Below are positions 48,811 to 57,407 of a DNA stretch of 64,000 nt, one piece after another. The position numbers were made by a program, and so were the translations under genes. The notes beneath the pieces were generated by a model. The model was not told where the DNA came from and did not search any database. It saw only the letters and a program-made list of their open reading frames with translations. Source of the stretch: an uncultured bacterium (GTDB lineage Bacteria > Fidelibacterota > Marinisomatia > Marinisomatales > Marinisomataceae); assembly GCA_943841495.1 (NCBI GenBank), contig CALSYL010000003.1, forward strand, positions 208,915 to 272,914, written 5' to 3'. Numbering within the stretch: position 1 is the first letter of the stretch; each line of letters opens with the position of its first letter.

Positions 48811-49426
48811 TTCCTAATAAGTTATCGATAAAATTAAATACTGATTGGTCATTCCAAAATGCACTTCCGACATCTTTGACAATCAGATCTCCGCTTGAAT
48901 TAATAATAAAAGTTGTTGGAATTCCAGTAGTGGCAAAAAATTCATCATCCGTAACAACTTTATATATTGGAAGTTTTTGAAGCGATTCATCTTTAGGAAT
49001 GTATTCTTGAATTGTTTTTAGTTCTTCTCTTGAGAGATATAAGAAAACGATAGCATCATTGCTGCTGTAACGTTCATATAAGTCAGCCATTGAAGGCATT
49101 TCAGCTAAGCAAGGATTGCACCAAGTAGCCCAATAATTAATAAAAAGAGTTTTTCCTTTAAAATCTTGGATTGAAAACATTTTGCTATCAAGATCAGTGA
49201 ATTGCAAAGCATTGGTTTCAAAATCTATAGAAATAATATTCCCATCTTTTAAAGATGGCTCTAATGCCGGTGCTTCCATAATCTCATTCAAATATCTAAT
49301 AGAAAGGTCTTTGTAGTACCCCTTGTATTTTTTTAAATCATTATTTGTGGTAACATATTTATAACCTAAAAAAGCAAGAGCAATTCCCATTCCTATGATG
49401 ATAACATATAGTTTTTTTGCGTCCAT
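48797..49426 (-). CDS. Membrane-anchored thioredoxin-fold thiol:disulfide oxidoreductase (TlpA/ResA-like)
   Basis: N-terminal TM helix, and FINYWATWCNPCLAEMP (a WCxxC site). The stop overlaps the IDO-like start by 14 nt. Confidence 0.82.
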   Translation of the reverse strand: MDAKKLYVIIIGMGIALAFLGYKYVTTNNDLKKYKGYYKDLSIRYLNEIMEAPALEPSLKDGNIISIDFETNALQFTDLDSKMFSIQDFKGKTLFINYWATWCNPCLAEMPSMADLYERYSSNDAIVFLYLSREELKTIQEYIPKDESLQKLPIYKVVTDDEFFATTGIPTTFIINSSGDLIVKDVGSAFWNDQSVFNFIDNLLGIDEV

Positions 49427-49478
49427 AGTTCCTGATAATATTATAGTTTTTTTAAATAAACTACTTAAATTGTCTTGT

Positions 49479-49682
49479 ATGGAAAAATTAGGGTATATAT
49501 TGTTAATTGGATTTTATGTATTGATAATCAACTTTATCATTGCTGATGTTGAAGTTTTTTATCCTGATGGTTTATTGCTTTTATTGGCTTCATCAGGATT
49601 GCTTGTACTATTTATCAAGGTGCTCAAAGATCGTTTAAATAATAAAGAAGATTCATACTATTCAAAGGAGATTGATAAGTAA
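49479..49682 (+). CDS. Hypothetical 67-aa two-TM protein
   Basis: The ATG at 49479 avoids overlap with the divergent gene, unlike the track start at 49395. Two hydrophobic helices. Stop/start overlap with the next gene. Confidence 0.45.
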   Translation: MEKLGYILLIGFYVLIINFIIADVEVFYPDGLLLLLASSGLLVLFIKVLKDRLNNKEDSYYSKEIDK

Positions 49683-49993
49683 TGATTATAACCACTCAAG
49701 AAAAAATTGAAAATAAATCAGTGTCAAAAGTTTTAGGAGTTGTAAGCGGTCAATCTATAAGAGCGCGACATTTAGGAAAAGATATTTTGGCTGGACTTAG
49801 AAATGTTGTTGGTGGAGAAATAACTGAATATTCAAAGCTAATGGCTGAATCTAGACAGCAAGCAATGGATAGAATGATTTTAAGAGCAGAAGAGATGAAT
49901 GCGGATGCCATCGTTGGGGTACGTTTTACAACTTCAATGCTTCAAGCAGGAGCTTCTGAAATTTTCATTTATGGAACAGCTGTAAAGCTGTAA
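49682..49993 (+). CDS. YbjQ/UPF0145-family protein
   Basis: 103 aa. ...LGVVSGQSIRARHLGKDILAGLRNVVGGEI.EY......R..A..RM...A..MNADAIVGVRF pattern. Confidence 0.8.
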   Translation: MIITTQEKIENKSVSKVLGVVSGQSIRARHLGKDILAGLRNVVGGEITEYSKLMAESRQQAMDRMILRAEEMNADAIVGVRFTTSMLQAGASEIFIYGTAVKL

Positions 49994-50015
49994 TGAAATA
50001 TTTGGTCATTAGCTT

Positions 50016-50345
50016 ATGATTAATCCTCACCAAGTACCCAATAATGTTCAAGGAAATTATGCAGTAATTTTTTCTTATCAATTAAGTGACAACCTTGATG
50101 GATATGAAGATATGGATAAAAAAACCATTGATGCGGTTGTGGATGTTCCAGGCTATTTAGGATATGATAAATTTGGCGACGGAAATCAAAATACTTTTAT
50201 TTCTTATTGGAAAGACTTGAAAAGTATTGATATATGGAGAAAAGATTTTTTACATATTGAAGCAAAAAAACACGGGAAGCAATGGTATAAAAAAATGAGA
50301 ATTCAAATAGTACAAATTCATGACGATATTAATTATTGGTCATGA
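50016..50345 (+). CDS. Antibiotic-biosynthesis-monooxygenase (ABM/Dabb)-like small protein
   Basis: 109 aa. ...FISYWKDLKSIDIWRKD..H.EAKK... resembles an ABM-fold domain. Weak assignment. Confidence 0.45.
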   Translation: MINPHQVPNNVQGNYAVIFSYQLSDNLDGYEDMDKKTIDAVVDVPGYLGYDKFGDGNQNTFISYWKDLKSIDIWRKDFLHIEAKKHGKQWYKKMRIQIVQIHDDINYWS

Positions 50346-50836
50346 ACAAAAAGATTTTTCAAATACCAAACTTGCCATTCTATTTTAGAATTATTTATAG
50401 TGATGAACAATTATATGAATTGACATTTGCCGATCATAAAAATCAACTACTAGATACCCAATTATCCTTAAAAATCTTAAATAATAGCTCTACAAAACTG
50501 GGAAAAGAGGTTCAAAATCAATTAACTGCTTATTTTGACCAGAAGTTAAAAAAATTTGATATACCAACATCTATTAGTGGATCAAGTTTTTCAAAAAAAG
50601 TTTTTAGCGAGATGTCTAAAATTCCCTATGGAGAAACAAGAAGTTATAAACAGGTTGCTGTAAAAATAAAAGAGCCTAAATCTGCTCGTGCGGTTGGTAG
50701 AGCCAGTGGGTCTAATAAGATTCCTATTATTATTCCATGTCATCGAATTGTAGGAAGCAAAGGGGAGCTTGTGGGGTATAGTGGAGGCGGAGGATTATTA
50801 TTTAAATCTTATTTACAATTATTGGAGAAGAAATGA
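50342..50836 (+). CDS. ogt: Methylated-DNA--protein-cysteine methyltransferase
   Basis: IPYGETRSYKQVA...ARAVGRASGSNKIPIIIPCHRIVGSKGELVGYSGG (PCHR active site). The ATG at 50342 forms an ATGA overlap with the upstream stop. Confidence 0.9.
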   Translation: MNKKIFQIPNLPFYFRIIYSDEQLYELTFADHKNQLLDTQLSLKILNNSSTKLGKEVQNQLTAYFDQKLKKFDIPTSISGSSFSKKVFSEMSKIPYGETRSYKQVAVKIKEPKSARAVGRASGSNKIPIIIPCHRIVGSKGELVGYSGGGGLLFKSYLQLLEKK

Positions 50837-51813
50837 AAAAGTTGACGTTGTTATTAATTAGTTCGTTTTTAATTGCACAGGAATCTTTAAATGAAATAAT
50901 TACTTTTGAAAGTGCAAATCCTTTTTCTTTTGAAGAGATAATCACTGATTTAAATAATCAAGAGAAACAAACTGTTTTTGGCGCTTTAACTTTTCCAGAA
51001 AATTTTGATTCAGATATAAAATATCCATTAATTATTGGTGTTGCTGGAAGCTTAAATTGGGGATCTCATCATCTAAAATATTTAGAAATGTATCGTTCAT
51101 TAGGGTTTGCTACGTTTCAATTACAAAGTTTTGATAGTAGAGAAGTTCAATCTACAGTTGGAAGTCAGGTTGAAGTCACATCAGCTATGATGATTCTTGA
51201 TAGTTATTTGGCCTTACAAGTGCTGTCAAGTCATCCAAACATAGATGGTCAAAAAGCAGGAATAACTGGTTGGAGTTTAGGCGGAACGGTATCACTTTAT
51301 TCCGCATGGATGCCACTAATAAATTCAATCAACAATGGGGAATATAGGTTTGCTGCTCATTTACCAATTTATCCAGGATGTTTGGCATATCCTTATCCAG
51401 ATGAATCTATGATTTTTAGCCAAGCGCCAGTACATATTCTTATTGGTGAATTAGATGACTGGGTACCTGCTTCTGCATGTACAAATCTTCTAGACAAATT
51501 GAACGAAAGTGGGTTACCACATAATATTGATATTACCATCTATGAAAATGCGCACCACTCTTTTGATAAAGAAATGGAATTAACCCAAGTAGAAAATGGT
51601 TATACGCTAGGAGATTGCTTTTTCCCGATGAACGATGAAGGTGCTTTATTTCTAAGTGAATTTTGGAATATTCCTATCAACACCCCTATAAGGCAAAAAC
51701 TAGCATTATTAACTTGTGCTGGTAGAGGACCAACAATGGGTGGAAATGATGAAGCTCGCGAGCAATCTTTTAAATTTGCTGCTGAATTTTTTTTAAATCA
51801 TATTAAAAATTGA
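50833..51813 (+). CDS. Secreted alpha/beta hydrolase (dienelactone-hydrolase-like)
   Basis: Signal peptide, GITGWSLGG nucleophile elbow, later GELDDWV (Asp) and NAHHSFD (His). Confidence 0.6.
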   Translation: MKKLTLLLISSFLIAQESLNEIITFESANPFSFEEIITDLNNQEKQTVFGALTFPENFDSDIKYPLIIGVAGSLNWGSHHLKYLEMYRSLGFATFQLQSFDSREVQSTVGSQVEVTSAMMILDSYLALQVLSSHPNIDGQKAGITGWSLGGTVSLYSAWMPLINSINNGEYRFAAHLPIYPGCLAYPYPDESMIFSQAPVHILIGELDDWVPASACTNLLDKLNESGLPHNIDITIYENAHHSFDKEMELTQVENGYTLGDCFFPMNDEGALFLSEFWNIPINTPIRQKLALLTCAGRGPTMGGNDEAREQSFKFAAEFFLNHIKN

Positions 51814-51819
51814 TATCTT

Positions 51820-51848
51820 TTTAGCTAATAGAAAAAGCTAAATTTTTT
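51820..51848 (+). terminator. Weak candidate intrinsic terminator
   Basis: TTTAGC-N11-GCTAAA followed by T6 (51843-51848), 7 nt after the hydrolase stop. AU-rich, low stability. Confidence 0.3.
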
Positions 51849-51975
51849 AATGAGAAATTTTTGGCTTCTTTTAAGCGTCATATGTATTTAATTAAAGTAG
51901 ATTCTCAGGGTAATCAAGAATTTTAAAAACCAATCTTTTCTCTAATTAAGTTCTCTTTTTTTATTATGTTTTGTA

Positions 51976-54374
51976 ATGGGAATTCGCTACAAAATTCTAT
52001 TTCTAATAATTATTCTATTCATCTTGATAAATTATGCTATCAATGCATTTTTAAACCCAGTTGAAGTCGCCTACGAAGGTATTAATACAGAGCTATCATT
52101 GTCAGATGATGTAGAAGTATTATTTGATGATTATGGCGTTCCAAGCGTTTTTGCTGAAAACGATTCTGATATGTTTAAAGTTGCTGGCTATATTGGCGCA
52201 AGAGATAGATTGTTCCAAATGTCTTTTATGAAATATGCATATAAAGGGCAACTAAGCTTAGTGGTTAATGACTCCCTATTTGCTGAAGATCGTTTTTTAA
52301 GAACCTTAGGGTTTGAAAAAACTGCAAAAAAAACGTTAGATAAAGTTTCTTCAGAAACAATGAAGCATTTGCAAGATACATGTTATGGAATTAATGCTTA
52401 TGCGCAAAGTTTAAGTCCTGCACAATATCCGTTAGAATTCAAGTTATTGCAGATAAAAGAATTACCTGTCTTTGAACCGTTAGATATTATTGCATTAAGT
52501 ACAATGATGGCTTGGGAGTTGCAAGGCGGATGGGATTCAGAGCTCTTTTTTGGAGCCATTAATGAACAGCTTGGCCCTGATTATTTAGAGGACATTTTAC
52601 CTTCATATGATAAAAATTTTGTAACCATCGCTTCCAACGATGTTTTGTTAAAAAGCTATCAGCAGTTTGCAAGCGATACGAAGAATTTAAGAAACCTCTT
52701 AAAAATTGACAGAGATGGTTATGGGTCCAATGCATGGGCTGTTTCAGGAGCAAAAACAACTTCTGGAAAACCGCTGTTAGCAAATGATCCTCACTTAGCC
52801 TACAATCAACCCCCATGGTGGTATGAAATAAGGCTTAAAAGTGACAACTTTAATTTTGGTGGGTATGGTCTGTATGGATTTCCTTTACCAGTCATTGGAC
52901 ACAATGAGCATATTGGGTGGGGATTCACTAACGTGATGACTGATGATATGGATTTCTACATAGAATCCTTAAACGAAGATCAAACTCAATATTATGTTGA
53001 TGGTGAATGGAGAGATTTACTAATTGAAGAAGAAGAGATAGTGTTAAAGTCTGGAGAAAGGCGTAAAATTACTATTCGTTCTACACATAGAGGTCCTATT
53101 ATTAGCAATATTCATCGAGATGCTAAAGCTTTAAATAAAGCAATTTCCTTTCAATGGACAGAGTATGATGCTTTTGACGAAACTACTGCATTGTTTATGC
53201 TTGCTCAGGCATCCAATTGGGAAGAATTTTCTGAAGCTTCAAAATTGTTTGGTGCTCCTGGACAAAATTGGACATATGCGGATAAAGAGGGCAATATAGG
53301 ATGGAGACCTAGTTCAAAGATTCCAATAAGACTTGACGCAGAAAAACTTGTTCCATTTGATGGAAGCACTACAAAACATGATTGGCAAGGCTATATCCCT
53401 TTTGATGAAATGCCTTATCTTGTTCAATCCAAAAAAAGGATATATTTCAAACGGAAATAACAAAACTATCGGAGAAGAATATCCATATTATATTTCGCGT
53501 TATTGGGCTGACCCAAGTAGAGGAGAACAGATTGATAGAAGATTGAGAGTTAATTCCAAGCTTGATGTTGAAGATATGAAGTCAGTCTTAAATGATATTT
53601 CCATCACCATTTGCTCAAGATTATGGCCCTTTATTTTTAAAGAATTATGTGAAAGGTTTTTCAGATAATGGTGATATTATATTTTCCATGCTTAAAGATT
53701 GGGATGGCGTTGAATCTATAGATTCAAAAGGAGCTGTTGCTTTTCATGCTGTATATATTCATTTAGTTCAAAATCTATTTCAAGATGAACTCCAAAGTTT
53801 TGGAAATGATTCTTTTGATACATTTTATAGCCTTAAATATATCCGTTCATTGGCAATAAGAAGTATTTTTGATGGAGAGGCAACCTTGTGGGTTGATAAC
53901 GTCCTTACGAGCGATTTAGAGAGTCTTAGTGATATTGTAAACCAATCTTTCGATGATGCATATAGCTTTCTTGATCAAAATTATGGAAATCCAACTACTT
54001 TGACATGGGGCGATGTTCATCAAGTAACATACAGTCATCGTCTTGATAAAGATCCTCTTGTTAAAAGATTTATAAATTTTAGCGTAGGACCATATCCGAT
54101 GGCAGGCTCTGGCATGACTCCAAGAGCTGCAAGTTATTCTGTGAGTAGTCCTTTTGAGGTTAGAGCAGGCTCATCAATGAGAAGAGTGATTGATTTCTCT
54201 AATTTTGATAATGGATTTAGTATTCTTCCTACGGGTCAATCAGGCTTATTTAGATCGAAACATTATGATGATCAAACCGATATGTACAACAAAGGTGAAT
54301 TTAAGCCTTTTAGATTTTCATATGATGCTTTAGACAAAGCAAAATCTTCTAAAATGATTTTCCAATCTAAATAA
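51976..54374 (+). pseudogene. Penicillin/AHL acylase (Ntn-hydrolase, PvdQ/penicillin G acylase family), two frameshifts
   Basis: N-terminal TM/signal, the YGSNAWAVSG autoprocessing Ser-Asn site, NDPHL and NPKKGYISNGNN. Track ORFs 51976-53460, 53333-53668 and 53592-54374 are consecutive pieces. Shifts lie near 53420 and 53603. Confidence 0.8.
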
Positions 54375-54382
54375 TATTTTCC

Positions 54383-54411
54383 TTGAATCCGTATATACCG
54401 ATGATTAAACT
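54383..54411 (+). promoter_or_regulatory. Candidate sigma-70-type promoter (TTGAAT-17 nt-TAAACT) for the aromatic operon leader
   Basis: Hexamers at 54383-54388 and 54406-54411. The predicted start near 54418 would make the leader-peptide ORF leaderless. Promoter rules for this lineage are unknown. Confidence 0.3.
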
Positions 54412-54417
54412 AGTCTA

Positions 54418-54477
54418 ATGAGCACATTTTATAACTATTATTTTTATTTTAGAAGCAGGGGGACTGTAGAAGCCTAA
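54418..54477 (+). CDS. Candidate Phe/Tyr-rich attenuator leader peptide MSTFYNYYFYFRSRGTVEA
   Basis: ATG at 54418 and TAA at 54475-77. Codons 54427-54450 read TTT TAT AAC TAT TAT TTT TAT TTT, giving 3 Phe and 4 Tyr in 8 codons. It sits between the candidate promoter and the terminator, upstream of the Phe/Tyr operon. Confidence 0.55.
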   Translation: MSTFYNYYFYFRSRGTVEA

Positions 54478-54514
54478 AGATAAACTTATATCAAGACTCT
54501 ACATGAACCCTAGC
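54455..54514 (+). promoter_or_regulatory. Candidate antiterminator pairing
   Basis: GCAGGG (54455-60) and TGTAGA (54465-70) can pair with TCTACA (54498-503) and CCCT(A)GC (54508-14). This sequesters the 5' arm of the terminator stem. Paired by eye, no energy computed. Confidence 0.4.
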
Positions 54515-54535
54515 AAAACCCGCTAGGGTTTTTTT
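54506..54535 (+). terminator. Strong intrinsic terminator / attenuator 17 nt upstream of the chorismate mutase ATG
   Basis: AACCCTAGC-AAAACCC-GCTAGGGTT (GC-rich core 54508-14 with 54522-28) followed by a T7 run at 54529-54535. The GGAGG SD at 54543-47 and ATG at 54553 follow directly. Confidence 0.8.
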
Positions 54536-54552
54536 GTTATATGGAGGAAAAA

Positions 54553-54815
54553 ATGAACAAAAAAATATTAGAAAACAGAGATAGAATAGATAAAGCCGAT
54601 AATCAAATTTTTGATTTATTGCTTGAAAGATTGGATGCGGTAAATACAATTGGATACGTCAAAAAACAAGAAGGATTACCGAGTTTTGGATCAAGAAAGA
54701 GAAAATGCGATTTATGCTAAAATTGATGCAAGATTTTCTGACTGTAGAAGCTTCATTTTTAAAGCCTATCTATGAAACTATCATTACCGAATCAAAGAAA
54801 GTAGAGGAATTATAA
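54553..54815 (+). pseudogene. AroQ-class chorismate mutase, two +1 frame changes (about 54682 and about 54740)
   Basis: NRDRIDKADNQIFDLLLERLDAVNTIGYVKKQEGLP / VLDQERENAIYAKIDARFS / TVEASFLKPIYETIITESKKVEEL read in frames 1, 2 and 0. The stop overlaps the next ATG (TAATG). Confidence 0.75.
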
Positions 54816-56156
54816 TGTCAAAATGGACAAAAAATTCATGGAAGAATTTTACCATAAAACATATCCCTGATTATAATGATACTAAACAGCTTGAGAAAGC
54901 GTTGAAAAAATTGGAAGGATTTCCTCCCTTGGTTTTTGCCGGAGAGTGCAGAAATTTAAAAGAAGAATTAGCTAAAGCAAGTAATGGAGATGCGTTTTTA
55001 GTGCAGGGAGGTGATTGTGCTGAGAGCTTTAAAGAGTTTAACGCAAATAATATTAGAGATACATTTAGAGTCATTCTACAGATGAGTGCGGTTATTACAG
55101 CTAAATTAAAAGTACCTGTAATTAAGCTTGGAAGAATTGCAGGTCAATTTGCAAAGCCTAGATCTTCTGATCGAGAAACAATTGATGGTAAGACTTTAAA
55201 TAGCTATTACGGAGACTCAATTAATGGAATAGAGTTTTCTGAAGAGAAGCGTGAACCAAATCCTGCTAGACTATTAAGGGCTTATTCTCAGTCGGCCTCA
55301 ACACTCAATTTATTGCGATCTTTTGCGCAGGGAGGCTTTGCAAATCTGCGTAAAGTTAACTCCTGGAATATGGGATTTGTCAAGGCTAGCGAAGAAGGCA
55401 AAGAGATATGAAGAGATTGCTGGTAAAATTAATGAATATCTAGATTTTATGGATGCAGTTGGCGTAAATACTTCTACTGTAATTGATCTAAATACTGTTG
55501 ACTTTTATACTAGCCATGAAGGGTTGCATTTGCCTTACGAACAAGCCTTAACACGAGTGGATTCACTTTCAAATGAAGTATTTTGTACTTCAGCACATTT
55601 TATTTGGATAGGTGATAGAACTCGTTTTATTGATAGTGCACATGTTGAGTACTGTAGTGGAATAAGCAATCCAATTGGTATCAAATGTGGTCCTAGCCTA
55701 GATAATGAAGAGTTAATAAAAATAATAGATAAAATTAATCCTACCAATGAACCTGGAAAGATTTCACTTATTTTTAGATATGGTGAAGAAAATATCGATA
55801 AATATCTTCCAGGATTAGTTGATACTATTGTCAAAAACAATAAGAATGTTTTATGGATATCGGACCCAATGCATGGAAACACTGTTAAGTCCTCATCGGG
55901 CCTAAAAACAAGAGACTTTAGTGCTCTTTTAAACGAAACCAGTAAAGCTGTTAACATTCTGAAAGCAAAAGACCGACATCTTGGAGGGATTCATCTAGAA
56001 ATGACTGGACAGAATGTAACCGAATGTACCGGAGGTATTTATAAGGTTGGAGATGATGATTTGAATTCTAGATATCATACGCATTGCGATCCAAGATTGA
56101 ATGCAAATCAAGCTTTAGAGCTTTCATTTAATATTGCTGAGGCATTAAAGAAATAA
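54815..56156 (+). pseudogene. Class II (plant/actinobacterial-type) DAHP synthase, one frameshift near 55395-55402
   Basis: WTKNSWKNF...PPLVFAGE...FLVQGGDCAESF, then after the shift RYEEIAGKINEYLDFM...HFIWIGDRTR...DPMHGNT...HLE. Track ORFs 54815-55411 and 55323-56156 are the two halves. Confidence 0.85.
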
Positions 56157-57407
56157 ATGCAATTTAAGGGAACACTGTATTTACCAGGAGATAAATCAAT
56201 TTCTCATCGTGCAATAATGCTTTCATCTATTGCAAATGGAAAAAGTATAATCAGAAATTTAAATGATGGAGATGATCTACAATCTACAATTAGCGTATTG
56301 AAAGCTTGTGGAGCAAAGATTAATAGGATTAATAAAACTATTGAAGTTGAAGGCGTAGATTTAATTAGTCCAAATAAAGAGCTAGACTGTGGTAATTCTG
56401 GAACTACTACAAGGCTAGTTTCAGGACTTTTATCCTCACAGGGATTAAATTTTACACTCATAGGCGATGATTCATTATCATCAAGACCAATGAAGCGAAT
56501 TATTATTCCGCTGCAAAAAATGGGTTGTAATATTTCTTCTAGCAATAATGTATTGCCCTTAATTATAGATGCAAAAAAAGGAACATATCCCATTGACTAC
56601 AAAGTTCCTGTTGCTAGCGCTCAGGTAAAATCATGTATTTTACTCGCAGCCTTGGGAGCTGATAAGCCGTCGACTATTCAAGAGGATATTTTAACAAGAA
56701 ATCATACAGAGATTATGTTGAGTACTATGGGTGCATCAGTGAGTGTTCAAGATAAAATTATTACCATCAATCCTCTAAATAGCAAACTAAGTCCTATTGA
56801 TATAACAATACCTTCTGATCCATCGTCTGCAGCGTTTTTTGCAGCTTTGGCTGTATTGAATGACGATTCAGAATTAACGCTTAATAATGTACTTTTAAAT
56901 AAAACTAGAATTGGATTTATGGAAGTACTTAAAAAAATGAATTGTCATTTATCTATTGATAATAAGCAGTTGAATAATGGAGAAGAGGTTGGAGATATAA
57001 CTTTTAGTACTTCCACAATTCATTCAACAGAAATAGAGTCCAAAATAGTCCCTGCAATCATAGATGAAATACCTATTTTAGCTGTTGTAGCTGCATATTC
57101 AAATGGTGTTACGATATTTCGAAATGTAGAAGAGTTAAAATACAAAGAATGTGATAGATTGCATGCAATTATACATAATCTAAATGCTTTTGGAATTAAT
57201 GCTTATGAAAAAGAAGATAGTCTTTTTGTCGAGGGAGGTAAGCCTGATAAGCTGGCTGAAATTGCAACTTTTCACGATCATCGAATAGCTATGGCTTTCA
57301 CAATTTTAAGTTTAACATCGTTTGGAAAATATCACCTAGATAACAAAGATTGCATCGATATTTCACTGCCAAACTTCTTTAATTTGATAAAAAGGGTAGC
57401 TAAATGA
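56157..57407 (+). CDS. aroA: 3-phosphoshikimate 1-carboxyvinyltransferase (EPSP synthase)
   Basis: LPGDKSISHRAIML, GNSGTTTRL and DHRIAMAF motifs. 416 aa. Confidence 0.94.
   Translation: MQFKGTLYLPGDKSISHRAIMLSSIANGKSIIRNLNDGDDLQSTISVLKACGAKINRINKTIEVEGVDLISPNKELDCGNSGTTTRLVSGLLSSQGLNFTLIGDDSLSSRPMKRIIIPLQKMGCNISSSNNVLPLIIDAKKGTYPIDYKVPVASAQVKSCILLAALGADKPSTIQEDILTRNHTEIMLSTMGASVSVQDKIITINPLNSKLSPIDITIPSDPSSAAFFAALAVLNDDSELTLNNVLLNKTRIGFMEVLKKMNCHLSIDNKQLNNGEEVGDITFSTSTIHSTEIESKIVPAIIDEIPILAVVAAYSNGVTIFRNVEELKYKECDRLHAIIHNLNAFGINAYEKEDSLFVEGGKPDKLAEIATFHDHRIAMAFTILSLTSFGKYHLDNKDCIDISLPNFFNLIKRVAK

Noticed and set aside
35154-56156. Programmed ribosomal frameshifting or recoding as the explanation for the split genes.
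   Set aside because: No slippery heptamer or downstream stimulatory structure was seen at the junctions. Several genes need multiple shifts in different directions, many sites are simple homopolymers, and none of these families is known to use programmed frameshifting.
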